Assembly (NCBI GenBank): GCA_025454115.1
Contig: JALOPB010000002.1
Location: 1-49,804, forward strand
Origin: Desulfobacterales bacterium
Lineage (GTDB): Bacteria > Desulfobacterota > Desulfobacteria > Desulfobacterales > SpSt-501
DNA: 49,804 nt
Direction: 5' to 3'
Position 1 is the stretch's first letter, and each line of letters begins with the position of its first letter. Below are positions 8,032-17,100 of this stretch, one piece after another. The notes beneath the pieces were generated by a model. The model saw only the letters and a program-made list of their open reading frames with translations, was not told the origin of the DNA and did no database searches. Made by a program: the position numbers and the translations under genes.

Positions 8032-9231
8032 GTGTACGATACATCCTTGAACACGCCGAAATCGGAAATCGACGCGCGCATCCACAACCTCCAGGCCACG
8101 CTCAACCGTCTTGGCGTCGACGCCGCGTTGATCCTCCAGAAAACCGATCTGTTTTATTTTTCCGGAACGATCCAGCAGGCCAATCTTTATGTGCCCGCCA
8201 GCGGAACGCCGATCCTGATGGTCAACCGGATCCTGGAGCGCGCCGAGGCGGAGTCGTCGATCGAACGGATCGTCGCCCTGCCGAGCCCCAGCCGGATTCC
8301 GGAGATCCTTCGGCAGGCCGGGTTTCGCATCCCGGCACGGCTGGGGCTGGAACTCGATGTGTTGCCGACCAGTCTTTACTTCAGGTACCGGGACGTTTTC
8401 AACGGCGCTGAAACGCCGGACATCTCGACCGAGATCCGCCGGGTGCGCGCCGTGAAGTCTGCCTTTGAGATCGCGGTGATCCGCGAGGCCGCGCAATACT
8501 CCGACCGGGTGGCCGCCTGCGTCCCGGCGCTGCTCCGCGAGGGCATGACCGAAATCGAACTGGCGGGCCGGCTGGAAGCCGAAGCGCGCCGGCTGGGACA
8601 CCAGGGCGTGGTGCGCATGCGGATGTGGGGCAGCGAGATGTTTTATGGTCATCTCTTGTCCGGGCCGTCGGGCGGGATCCCGAGCTACCAATCCTCGCCG
8701 ACCGGCGGCAGCGGAACCAACCCGGCCGTGGCCCAGGGAGCAAGTTTCCGGCGCATCCAGCGCAACGAGCCGGTGATGCTGGACTACGTGTTCAGCCTCC
8801 GCGGCTATCTTTCCGACCACACCCGCCTTTTCTCCCTCGGGCCGATCCCGGAGGACCTGGTCAAGGCCCATTCCACCATGCTGGCGCTGCAGGTCGAACT
8901 CCAACGAATGGCCAAGCCCGGGGCGGTCTCCGGTTCGCTCTTCGACTTCGCCTGGCATTATGTTTCCGAACGCGGATATGCGAATCACTTCATGGGAGCC
9001 AACGACGAGCGCGTCCGGTTCATCGGCCACGGCGTCGGCCTCGAACTGGACGAATTCCCGTTCCTGAACGCCGGCCAGACCATGGAACTGGAGGAGAATA
9101 TGGTCATTGCCCTGGAGCCCAAACTGGTTTTTCCGGGACGCGGCGTCGTCGGGATCGAGAACACTCACCTGGTTACAAAGACCGGACTGGAGCAGTTGGG
9201 ACAGTATCCGGGCGAAATCACCGTGGTCTAA
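8032..9231 (+). CDS. M24 family metallopeptidase (Xaa-Pro aminopeptidase / creatinase-fold)
   Basis: M24 motifs: SAFEIAVIREAA, DYVFSLRGYLSDHTR, GHGVGLELDEFP, NMVIALEP, GIENTHLVT. Likely GTG start at 8032 with AGGGAG 8 nt upstream; the ORF-track start at 7867 lies inside the inverted repeat. Confidence 0.8.
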   Translation: MYDTSLNTPKSEIDARIHNLQATLNRLGVDAALILQKTDLFYFSGTIQQANLYVPASGTPILMVNRILERAEAESSIERIVALPSPSRIPEILRQAGFRIPARLGLELDVLPTSLYFRYRDVFNGAETPDISTEIRRVRAVKSAFEIAVIREAAQYSDRVAACVPALLREGMTEIELAGRLEAEARRLGHQGVVRMRMWGSEMFYGHLLSGPSGGIPSYQSSPTGGSGTNPAVAQGASFRRIQRNEPVMLDYVFSLRGYLSDHTRLFSLGPIPEDLVKAHSTMLALQVELQRMAKPGAVSGSLFDFAWHYVSERGYANHFMGANDERVRFIGHGVGLELDEFPFLNAGQTMELEENMVIALEPKLVFPGRGVVGIENTHLVTKTGLEQLGQYPGEITVV

Positions 9232-9272
9232 CGCTGCGCCGGGCCATCCCGGCCAGCATCAGGAGGAACCGC

Positions 9273-10055
9273 ATGGCAGCCGAGCTATCACCGCAGGATC
9301 TGAGAAAGCGCATCCGCAACGGTCAATGGACCCAACCCACCAGCGGCGCATCCAAGGGCTTCATCCAAGCCAACCTGGTGATGATGCCGCAGGAGCAGGC
9401 GTTCGACTTCCTGCTCTTCTGTGTGCGCAATCCCAAGCCCTGTCCGATCCTGGACGTGCTGGAGCCGGGCCGCTTCGAGCCGGCCATCGCCCCCGGAGCC
9501 GATTTGCGCACGGATCTGCCGCGCTATCGGGTCTATGAAAACGGCCAGCTCAAAACCGAAATCGAAAATGTGAGCCATCTGACCCACAGCGGCATGGTCA
9601 GCTTTTTGTTGGGCTGCAGCTTCTCCTTCGAAAACGCCATGCTGGCGGCCGGGCTTCCGATCCGCAACATCGAAGAAGGCAAAAACGTTTCGATGTACGT
9701 CACCCGCCGCGACTGTCGTCCGGCCGGGCCTTTCACCTCCAAACTGGTGGTGACCATGCGGCCGATGACCCCGGCTCAGGCCGTCCGTGCCGTGCAGATC
9801 ACGACGCGATTTCATCTCACCCACGGCGCGCCGGTGCATATCGGCGACCACCGCGAGATCGGAATCAGAGACCTCGACCGGCCCGAATTCGGCGACCCGG
9901 TCACCATTCGACCCGGCGAAGTCTCCGTCTTCTGGGCCTGCGGCGTCACATCGCAGCTGGCCGCCACCTCCCTACCCTTGCCGCTGGTGATCACCCATTC
10001 CCCCGGATACATGTTCGTGTCCGATCTGAAAGATGAGGATTTGACAATTTTGTAG
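9273..10055 (+). CDS. DUF1445 / UPF0317 putative hydro-lyase (YcsI-like; the family includes D-glutamate cyclase)
   Basis: N-terminus MAAELSPQDLRKRIRNGQWTQPTSGASKGFIQANLVMMPQEQAFDFLLFCVRNPKPCPILDV is the characteristic UPF0317 signature. AGGAGG precedes ATG 9273; the upstream part of the 476-aa ORF overlaps the peptidase gene. Confidence 0.8.
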   Translation: MAAELSPQDLRKRIRNGQWTQPTSGASKGFIQANLVMMPQEQAFDFLLFCVRNPKPCPILDVLEPGRFEPAIAPGADLRTDLPRYRVYENGQLKTEIENVSHLTHSGMVSFLLGCSFSFENAMLAAGLPIRNIEEGKNVSMYVTRRDCRPAGPFTSKLVVTMRPMTPAQAVRAVQITTRFHLTHGAPVHIGDHREIGIRDLDRPEFGDPVTIRPGEVSVFWACGVTSQLAATSLPLPLVITHSPGYMFVSDLKDEDLTIL

Positions 10056-10265
10056 CTTTGCTCCTGCCATAAAACATTGTCGCGTCAAATTTCTTGACAG
10101 GCCGAAACGCTTACTGTAACCGTATCCAACTCATCGGAATTGCGCCAGGTTCTAATCAGGTTCACCGTTCAACGGTTCCCGGTTGTTTCAGTTTAGCCCC
10201 TGAACCCTGAACCCTGTATCTCAAACCACTGAACCCTGATCCATTCACCTTTAAGGAGGCCCGCC

Positions 10266-11576
10266 ATGAAGAGTCCGCTGAAACATGCACGGTTTCTGTT
10301 CTGTATCTTGCTATTCACCACGCTGGTCGTTCCCAGCGCGGTGATGGCCGAGGAAATCAAGATCGGCGTTCTGTTTCCGCTGACCGGCGGCGCAGCCGCG
10401 GCCGGCCGTGAGCTGCGCTCGGGCGCGGAGCTGGCCCTCGACATTGCCAACAACGCGATGCCTGACATCAACATGACCATGGCCAAGAACGCCGGCATCA
10501 AGAGCATGGGCGGCGCGAAAATAACGCTCATCTTCAAAGATCACGAGGGAAACCCCACCTTGGGGGCCGACCTGGCCAAGAAGCTCATCCTCGACGACAA
10601 GGTCCACGGCCTCATGGGCGCCTACCACAGTTCGGTGACCAAGGCCGTCAGCGCTGTGGCCGAGCAGTACGGCATCCCCCTGATCAACGATTCCTCGACC
10701 TCGCCCGAACTGACCAAACAGGGCTACAAGTGGTTCTGGCGCACCACGCCGCACGACGTCTACTTCACCAGGGATCTGTTCGAGTTCCTGAAGGGCATGA
10801 CCGAAGGCAAGGTCAAGGGGCTGGCCGCCGTGCCCAAGAAAGACATCACCAACCTGGCTTCGGCCTGCGAGAAGACCGAGTGGGGGGCCGCGGTATCCGA
10901 GCTGATCGAGAAATTCGGCAAGGATTACGGGTTTGAGGTCAAGAAGTCGATCCTCTACGCGGCCAAGGCCACCGACCTTTCCAGCGAGGTGCGCTCCCTC
11001 ATCGCGGTCAAGCCGGATGCGATGTTGTTCGCGTCCTACACCTCCGATGCGATTCTGATGATGAAGACGCTCAAGGACCAGAAGGCCGCCCCCAAGCTCC
11101 TGTGGGGCCAGAACGCCGGATTCGAAGTGCCTGAATTCGTGAGCACGCTCGGCGATACCACGATCGGGTCCCTCACCCGGACCGTCTTCATTCCCAAAAT
11201 CGCTCAAGTAAAACCCATCGCCGCCAAGGTCAACGCCATGTACAAGACCAAGACCGGCAACGATCTGAGCGGCGCCTCCGCCCGGTCGTTCACCGGTCTG
11301 CAGGCCTGGGTTCATGTTCTCGAAAAAGCCGGATCCGCCAAACCGGCCGATATCCAGAAGGCCGCCAACGCCATTGAAATCCCGGGCGATGAGCTGGTGG
11401 TGCCTTGGCAGGGCATCAAATTCGCCACCTCGGGAGATGATATCGGCCAGAACACCTTGGGGATGGGACTCATCGGCCAGTACCAGAAGGCGGCGGACGG
11501 CAAGATCGACCTGGAAATCGTGTATCCCTTCAATGTCGCCACTGCCAACATGATCTACCCCTTCCCGAAGTTCTAA
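10266..11576 (+). CDS. ABC transporter substrate-binding protein, Liv-type (type 1 periplasmic binding fold)
   Basis: Signal peptide followed by EEIKIGVLFPLTGGAAAAGRE, typical of branched-chain/amino-acid binding proteins. AAGGAGG lies 7 nt upstream. Confidence 0.85.
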   Translation: MKSPLKHARFLFCILLFTTLVVPSAVMAEEIKIGVLFPLTGGAAAAGRELRSGAELALDIANNAMPDINMTMAKNAGIKSMGGAKITLIFKDHEGNPTLGADLAKKLILDDKVHGLMGAYHSSVTKAVSAVAEQYGIPLINDSSTSPELTKQGYKWFWRTTPHDVYFTRDLFEFLKGMTEGKVKGLAAVPKKDITNLASACEKTEWGAAVSELIEKFGKDYGFEVKKSILYAAKATDLSSEVRSLIAVKPDAMLFASYTSDAILMMKTLKDQKAAPKLLWGQNAGFEVPEFVSTLGDTTIGSLTRTVFIPKIAQVKPIAAKVNAMYKTKTGNDLSGASARSFTGLQAWVHVLEKAGSAKPADIQKAANAIEIPGDELVVPWQGIKFATSGDDIGQNTLGMGLIGQYQKAADGKIDLEIVYPFNVATANMIYPFPKF

Positions 11577-11598
11577 TGCGCTTCGATCGGATCATCCG

Positions 11599-11634
11599 GG
11601 CCCCCTTCTTTCGCCCGCACGGAGGAAGGGGGCC
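11599..11634 (+). promoter_or_regulatory. Intercistronic GC-rich stem-loop after the SBP gene
   Basis: ggcccccttc (11599..11608) pairs perfectly with gaagggggcc (11625..11634) around a 16-nt loop, with no U-run. This fits an mRNA-stabilising or partial-attenuation hairpin of the kind that often follows SBP genes. Confidence 0.4.
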
Positions 11635-11663
11635 GGAGATCTATACCTGAAGAAAGAGGTTCC

Positions 11664-12578
11664 ATGGACATCCTGTTGGGGTCCATTGCGTCCGGTATCC
11701 TGTTGGGAATGGTATTGTCCCTCGTCGCGCTGGGGCTGACCATCATTTTCGGTCTGATGGACATCGTCAACTTCGCCCACGGCGAGTTCCTGATGATCGG
11801 CATGTACACCGGCCTGCTCACCGCCCAGGCCACGGGGCTGGACCCGCTGCTGACCCTACCCGTGGCGGCCGGCGTCGGCTTCCTGCTCGGGGTCCTCTGC
11901 TACGGCGGATTCGTCAAATACCTCCTGCGCGGCCCGATGATCGCCCAGCTCCTCGGGACCTTCGGACTGATGCTGGTGCTGCGAAACATCGCGCTGCTTC
12001 TCTTCGGATCCGAAGACCGCGCGTTGCATCACGGCCTGCTCGTCGGCAAGAGCTTCGACGTCGGCATGGGCATCATCATCTCGGCCACCAAACTGGCCGT
12101 GGCCGTCCTGGCCGTGCTGTCCTTCGTCGGCGTTTGGCTGCTGATGAACCGGACCAAGATCGGCAAGGCGCTCACCGCGACCGCTCTGAACCGCCAAGGC
12201 GCACGCTACATGGGCATCCCCACCGAACGCATGAACGCCCTGGCCTGGGGCATCGGCGGGGCTACGGTGACCATCGCCGGGGCGCTCATCGTCAACTTCT
12301 GGTCGGTCAATCCTTACGTGGGACTGATTTTCACCATGATCGCGTTCACCGTGGTGGCCCTGGGCGGTTTCGGCAGCGTGCCCGGCGCTTTTTTTGCTGG
12401 ACTCGTGGTGGGGTTCATCATGGAGATCCCCGGGTTTTGGGATTTCTTCGCCATCACGTTCGACATCGGCTGGATGGACGCCGTGCCCATGACCTCGTTC
12501 AAGTACACCTGGATTTACGTCAGCTATTTCGTGATCATGCTGATCAGCCCGAGGGGGTTGTTCGGATGGAAGCAATAA
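11664..12578 (+). CDS. livH: Branched-chain amino acid ABC permease (LivH-like)
   Basis: LivH-type polytopic membrane protein (GLMDIVNFAHGEFLMIG). Confidence 0.85.
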   Translation: MDILLGSIASGILLGMVLSLVALGLTIIFGLMDIVNFAHGEFLMIGMYTGLLTAQATGLDPLLTLPVAAGVGFLLGVLCYGGFVKYLLRGPMIAQLLGTFGLMLVLRNIALLLFGSEDRALHHGLLVGKSFDVGMGIIISATKLAVAVLAVLSFVGVWLLMNRTKIGKALTATALNRQGARYMGIPTERMNALAWGIGGATVTIAGALIVNFWSVNPYVGLIFTMIAFTVVALGGFGSVPGAFFAGLVVGFIMEIPGFWDFFAITFDIGWMDAVPMTSFKYTWIYVSYFVIMLISPRGLFGWKQ

Positions 12579-13573
12579 GAAATGCGCTGGATTTCTCCGA
12601 CTTCCCGCGGATCGACCGCATGGTCGCACTGGCCGTGTTTTTGCTCCTGATGACCTTCCCGCTGTTTCCGCACTCCGCCTTTGCCATGGCGACCATGATC
12701 CAGTTTCTGATGTTCTCCCTCTATGGCATGGGCTGGAACACGATCGGCGGCTACGGCGGCCAAGTCGATCTGGGCAAGGCTCAATACGTGGGCATCGGCG
12801 CCTACACCACCACGGTCTGCCTGCTGCGCTGGGACATCCCCTTCTGGGTGTCGATGCCGCTGGGCGCCGGTCTTTCGATCGGGTGGTCGTTCATCATCGG
12901 CTATCCGCTGTTTAAACTCAAAGGCCACTACTTCGCCATCGCCACCATCGCCACCTCGCTGGTGCTCAAAGATATTTTTGAGGTCTGGAAATTCGTCGGC
13001 GCGGCCCGCGGCCTCGGCATCCTGCCCTTCAAATACCAGACGCCCGATTTCCTGCGGCTGATCTTCAAGGAAGACATCTACTACTACTACACCATCTTCG
13101 GCTTGTTCATCATCGGCTTGCTCTACATGAACTGGTTCCGCAAATCCCGGCTCGGCTTCCAGCTGCGCTCGATCAAGGACAACGAGGAGGTGGCCCGCTC
13201 GCTCGGCATCAACGTCCACTGGGCCAAGATCAAGACTTACGCCATCGCCACCGCCTTCGTCAGCGTCGTCGGCTCTTTTCACGCCGTCTACGTCAAGAAC
13301 ATCGAGCCGGAAGACACCATGAGCCTGGACATCTCGATCCTGATCGCGCTGATGGCCATGCTGGGCGGCGCCGGCTCCTTGTGGGGGCCGATCATCGGCG
13401 CCGGCGTCTTGATCCCGCTCAAAAGCTATCTGAAAGAGTGGCTGGGCGCCGCAGCCGGGCTGGTCGGAATCGACCTGATCATCTACGGCCTCATCATCAT
13501 GATCATCTCGGCGTTCGAGCCCCGCGGTCTCTGGGGCATCGTCGAAAAGATCCGCCGGAGGAAACGCATCTGA
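12566..13573 (+). CDS. livM: Branched-chain amino acid ABC permease (LivM-like)
   Basis: ATG 12566 (MEAIRNALDF...) overlaps the livH end by 13 nt. LivM-type motifs GGYGGQVDLGKAQYVGIGAY and RSIKDNEEVARSLGI. The earlier part of the 479-aa ORF is an out-of-frame overlap with livH. Confidence 0.85.
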   Translation: MEAIRNALDFSDFPRIDRMVALAVFLLLMTFPLFPHSAFAMATMIQFLMFSLYGMGWNTIGGYGGQVDLGKAQYVGIGAYTTTVCLLRWDIPFWVSMPLGAGLSIGWSFIIGYPLFKLKGHYFAIATIATSLVLKDIFEVWKFVGAARGLGILPFKYQTPDFLRLIFKEDIYYYYTIFGLFIIGLLYMNWFRKSRLGFQLRSIKDNEEVARSLGINVHWAKIKTYAIATAFVSVVGSFHAVYVKNIEPEDTMSLDISILIALMAMLGGAGSLWGPIIGAGVLIPLKSYLKEWLGAAAGLVGIDLIIYGLIIMIISAFEPRGLWGIVEKIRRRKRI

Positions 13574-14319
13574 TGGCGCTGCTGGAGGTTCATAACCTGG
13601 TCAAGGCGTTCGGCGGCCTCAGGGCCAACGACGACGTGTCCTTCGCGGTGGCCCCGGGGGAACTGCTCGGCCTCATCGGACCGAACGGCGCCGGCAAGAC
13701 CACTCTGTTCAACTGCATCGCCGGGATGGTTCCGCCCACGTCCGGCCGCATCGTCTTTGCCGGCGAAGATGTGACGGCGCTCGGCGCCCACGAGATGGCC
13801 CGGCGCGGCCTGGCGCGGACCTTTCAGGTTTACGTGGCTTCCGGCGATCTCAATGTTCTGGAAAACGTAATGGTGGGGTGCTTCATGCGCACCCGCTCGC
13901 AGTCTCAGGCCAGGGCCAGAGCGGAAGGCATTCTCGACGACCTCAGTTTAGGAAGCCTCAAGCTGAATCTCGTCAGCGAACTGCCGGTCGCCGCCCAGAA
14001 ACGCGTGACCATGGCCACGGCCCTGGCCACTTCTCCCCGGCTGCTGCTACTCGACGAAGTGGCCGCCGGACTGAACCCCAGCGAAATCGAAGACATCATG
14101 GCCGGCATCCGCCACATTCACGCGAATCTCGGAATCACCGTGATGCTCATCGAACACGTCATGGAACTGGTGATGAACATCAGCCAGCGGGTGATCGTCC
14201 TCGACTACGGCCGGAAGATCGCCGAGGGTCCCCCGCGCGATGTCGCTCAGAACCCGCAGGTTATCAAGGCGTACCTGGGAGAACGCTACGTGCGCGAGCG
14301 GGCGGCAGACCAGAAGTGA
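13573..14319 (+). CDS. livG: ABC ATP-binding protein (LivG-like)
   Basis: The ATG overlaps the livM TGA (ATGA-type overlap at 13571..13575). Begins MALLEVHNLVKAFGGLRA; Walker A GPNGAGKTT; Walker B LLLLDEVAAGL. Confidence 0.85.
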   Translation: MALLEVHNLVKAFGGLRANDDVSFAVAPGELLGLIGPNGAGKTTLFNCIAGMVPPTSGRIVFAGEDVTALGAHEMARRGLARTFQVYVASGDLNVLENVMVGCFMRTRSQSQARARAEGILDDLSLGSLKLNLVSELPVAAQKRVTMATALATSPRLLLLDEVAAGLNPSEIEDIMAGIRHIHANLGITVMLIEHVMELVMNISQRVIVLDYGRKIAEGPPRDVAQNPQVIKAYLGERYVRERAADQK

Positions 14320-14372
14320 GTCTGCACCTATTAAATCGAATTTCGCCACACGAGGGAGACCGACCGCAAGCC

Positions 14373-15089
14373 ATGGCAGCGCCAATACTCGAAATCAGAA
14401 ATATCAAGGTCCGATACTCCGGACTGCCGGTACTCCAGGGGATTTCTCTGTCGGTGAATTCCGGCGAGACCGTCTGTGTGGTCGGCGCCAACGGGGCGGG
14501 CAAATCCACTCTCCTGCGCGCGATCATGGGAACCCAGCGCGCCTTTGAAGGGCAGATCCTTTTTTCGGGCCGTGAAATTCAACGACTGCGGACCGAAGAG
14601 ATCGTGCGGCTCGGAATCGTCTACGTTCCCGAGGAGAAAATGCTCTTCCGCCCCCTCGCGGTCGAGGAGAACCTGCTGCTGGGGGCCTATATTTTATCAG
14701 ATGCACACCGAATTGAGGAAAACCTGGATTTTGTCTATGCTCTTTTCCCACGCCTCAAAGAACGCCGCCTGCAGCCGGCGTCCACTCTCTCCGGCGGCGA
14801 GCAACAGATGGTCGCCATCGGCCGAGGGCTGATGTCGCGTCCACAGATTTTGATGCTGGATGAACCGTCCCTCGGGCTGGCCCCGAAGCTGGTGGACGAG
14901 GTACTCGACACGGTCCGGCGACTCAAGACGGAAGGCATGACCATCCTGCTGGTGGAGCAGAACGTGCGTGAAGCGCTGGACCTCTCCGACCGAGGCTACG
15001 TCATCCAAACTGGGCGCATGGTCGGCGAGGGCAACGGGAAGGACTTGCTGGCGAGCGACACATTTCGCCAAGCATTTCTGGGCATATAG
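14373..15089 (+). CDS. livF: ABC ATP-binding protein (LivF-like)
   Basis: Begins MAAPILEIRNIKVRYSG; Walker A GANGAGKST; signature LSGGEQQM; Walker B ILMLDEPSLGL. Confidence 0.85.
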   Translation: MAAPILEIRNIKVRYSGLPVLQGISLSVNSGETVCVVGANGAGKSTLLRAIMGTQRAFEGQILFSGREIQRLRTEEIVRLGIVYVPEEKMLFRPLAVEENLLLGAYILSDAHRIEENLDFVYALFPRLKERRLQPASTLSGGEQQMVAIGRGLMSRPQILMLDEPSLGLAPKLVDEVLDTVRRLKTEGMTILLVEQNVREALDLSDRGYVIQTGRMVGEGNGKDLLASDTFRQAFLGI

Positions 15090-15343
15090 ACGCTAAGGCC
15101 CTGCTTTCAATTAGGGTGCATTGGCTTGGGCTTTTCCGGGCAGACCATTGGGGCGGGCGGCGGATCGTCTCGGCCACGCCGAGACAGCAGGCTGACTGAA
15201 ATTCGAAACAGCACAATGAACGCCCAGGCCGCGCTAACCAAAAAGAAAATTTTTCCGATAACGATATCCATGTTCGTCTTTGAATGCCGTTCCTTTATTC
15301 TGCCCTATCGGCCGGAATTCAAAAACCTTGAGGATGAAACCCG

Positions 15344-16306
15344 TTATCTCAAACTCCGCTTAAATGCGGCTATTATATCCTCAGTCTCCCGTAACGCCTC
15401 AACGGCCGCCTCCATCGACACCGCCTTAAAAGAAACCTCATCCCCAGGGGTGATCTGGCCGAGCAGGGGCAAGTCCGCAGAAATCACTGCGGCGATCTTA
15501 CGGTAGCCACCGGAAGCCGTCTCGCCCAAAATGATAATGGGCTGGCCGTCTCCCGGAACCTGGATCACCCCTGACACGATTCCCTCTGAGATGATCGATT
15601 CGTCCAGTCCGGCGCTGCGGTGGACCACGGGACCCTTCAACCGAATACCCGTGCGGTCGGAGTCCGGCGATACCATAAAGGATGCGGTTACGAAGGTTTT
15701 CCGGCTCTCTTCTGCGAAGTGGCCATCCTGGGGACCCCAAACGATTCGCAGACGCCAGGGCGAAGTGTAGGCGGGAACCGCTTCGGGAAAAAAGGCTCTG
15801 TCCTCGAAACGAAAGGGCTCTTGAACGGCATTTACGGAAAGGATGTCTCCCTTGCGCAGCGCACGGCCATGGAAACCGCCGAATCCTGAAGAAAGGTTGG
15901 TCGACCGACTGCCCATGACGGTTGCCACCTGGATCCCGCCTGAAACCGCAAGATAGGCGCGGAGCCCGTTCGCGGGCCCTGAAAATTGGAGGATCTCGCC
16001 GTCTCGAACCAGGTGAGACCGCCACATCGGCACCGGCTCGCTGCCCCTCCGGTGCGGCCGCAGATTGCCGCCGGTGACGGCCACCCGCGTGTCCCTCAAG
16101 ACCCTGATCCGCAGGCCCATCAAAGTGGTTTCCACCACGGCCGCGTTCTCATCGTTTCCGACCAGCAGGTTTCCCACCCGCATGGCGAATCCGTCCAGCG
16201 CTCCGCTGACGGCAACGCCGTAACGTGCGCAGCCGAATCGGCCCAGGTCCTGCACCGTGCTCATGATCCCAGGCGACAACACTTCGAAGGCATCCACCCC
16301 CGCCAT
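15344..16306 (-). CDS. pxpC: 5-oxoprolinase subunit C (PxpC / KipA; biotin-independent carboxyltransferase-domain family)
   Basis: Begins FEVLSPGIMSTVQDLGRFGCARYGVAVSGALD. Contains GPQDGHF and PGDGQPIILGETASGGY, which is characteristic. Confidence 0.85.
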   Translation of the reverse strand: MAGVDAFEVLSPGIMSTVQDLGRFGCARYGVAVSGALDGFAMRVGNLLVGNDENAAVVETTLMGLRIRVLRDTRVAVTGGNLRPHRRGSEPVPMWRSHLVRDGEILQFSGPANGLRAYLAVSGGIQVATVMGSRSTNLSSGFGGFHGRALRKGDILSVNAVQEPFRFEDRAFFPEAVPAYTSPWRLRIVWGPQDGHFAEESRKTFVTASFMVSPDSDRTGIRLKGPVVHRSAGLDESIISEGIVSGVIQVPGDGQPIIILGETASGGYRKIAAVISADLPLLGQITPGDEVSFKAVSMEAAVEALRETEDIIAAFKRSLR

Positions 16307-16309
16307 ATT

Positions 16310-16996
16310 TCAAATCTCCACTGGCCGCACGGCTTCGAATTTGACCCGGTCGCCCATCTCCAGCAGCGACGGCATAGGACGATGGGGGTCGAAAAGCTCG
16401 ATGGGAGTCCAGCCGATGATCTGCCAGCCGCCGGGGCTGTCCACGGAATAAATACCCGTCTGGCGCTGGGCGATGCCCACCGATCCCTTGGGAACCCGCG
16501 TTCGCGGCGTGCTGCGCCGCGGCACGATCAGGGCTGCCGGCAGCTCGCCCAGGTACGGGTAGCCGGGCGTGAAGCCAATCATGTAAACCCGATAGACCAT
16601 CTCCGTGTGAAGCCGGACCACCTCGTCGACGGAGATGCCGAGATGGCCGGCCACCCATTCCAGATCGGGGCCGTATTCCCCGCCGTAAAACACCGGTATC
16701 GTGAGCAGCTTCGCCGGCGGCAGGCCGCCGACGCTTGGCTGTACGCCGATCTCCGTGATGCGCTCCCTCAGCTCATTCGATCCGATCGCCAGCGGGTCAA
16801 AGACGACGAGAAGAGACCGATAGCCGGGGACCAGCTCGCGTATACCGGGCAGCCCGGCATTTGTGATTTGTGCCATGAGCTGCTGCACGCGACGATTGAC
16901 ACCCGGCGATATCGTCTCGCCGAGTTCAACGAGAAAGCTGCGGTCGCCCATGGGGCGAAACACGGGAGCTTCATACCCCCTATCGTCTTTCTTCAT
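16310..16996 (-). CDS. pxpB: 5-oxoprolinase subunit B (PxpB / KipI)
   Basis: Motifs GFTPGYPYLGELP, GSVGIAQRQTGIY and PGGWQIIG. The likely start is ATG 16996 with AGGAAG upstream; the ORF-track start at 17020 is a TTG. Confidence 0.85.
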   Translation of the reverse strand: MKKDDRGYEAPVFRPMGDRSFLVELGETISPGVNRRVQQLMAQITNAGLPGIRELVPGYRSLLVVFDPLAIGSNELRERITEIGVQPSVGGLPPAKLLTIPVFYGGEYGPDLEWVAGHLGISVDEVVRLHTEMVYRVYMIGFTPGYPYLGELPAALIVPRRSTPRTRVPKGSVGIAQRQTGIYSVDSPGGWQIIGWTPIELFDPHRPMPSLLEMGDRVKFEAVRPVEI

Positions 16997-17100
16997 CCGG
17001 CTTCCTATCGAAAGCGTCAACCATCAAAAGGGACAAGAACTCAGAAAAACCCATGCAATCCGTTCGCCGCCCTCAGCCTTCGGTCTTCAGGGCCTCAATG

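Noticed and set aside
8011-9168. A 385-aa ORF antisense to the M24 peptidase (and other in-gene ORFs at 8376..8743).
   Set aside because: It is antisense or out of frame relative to a gene with clear M24 motifs, and its composition is typical of non-coding frames in GC-rich DNA.
10311-11315. A 334-aa ORF antisense to the Liv-type SBP gene.
   Set aside because: An antisense artefact; the sense frame has a signal peptide and binding-protein motifs.
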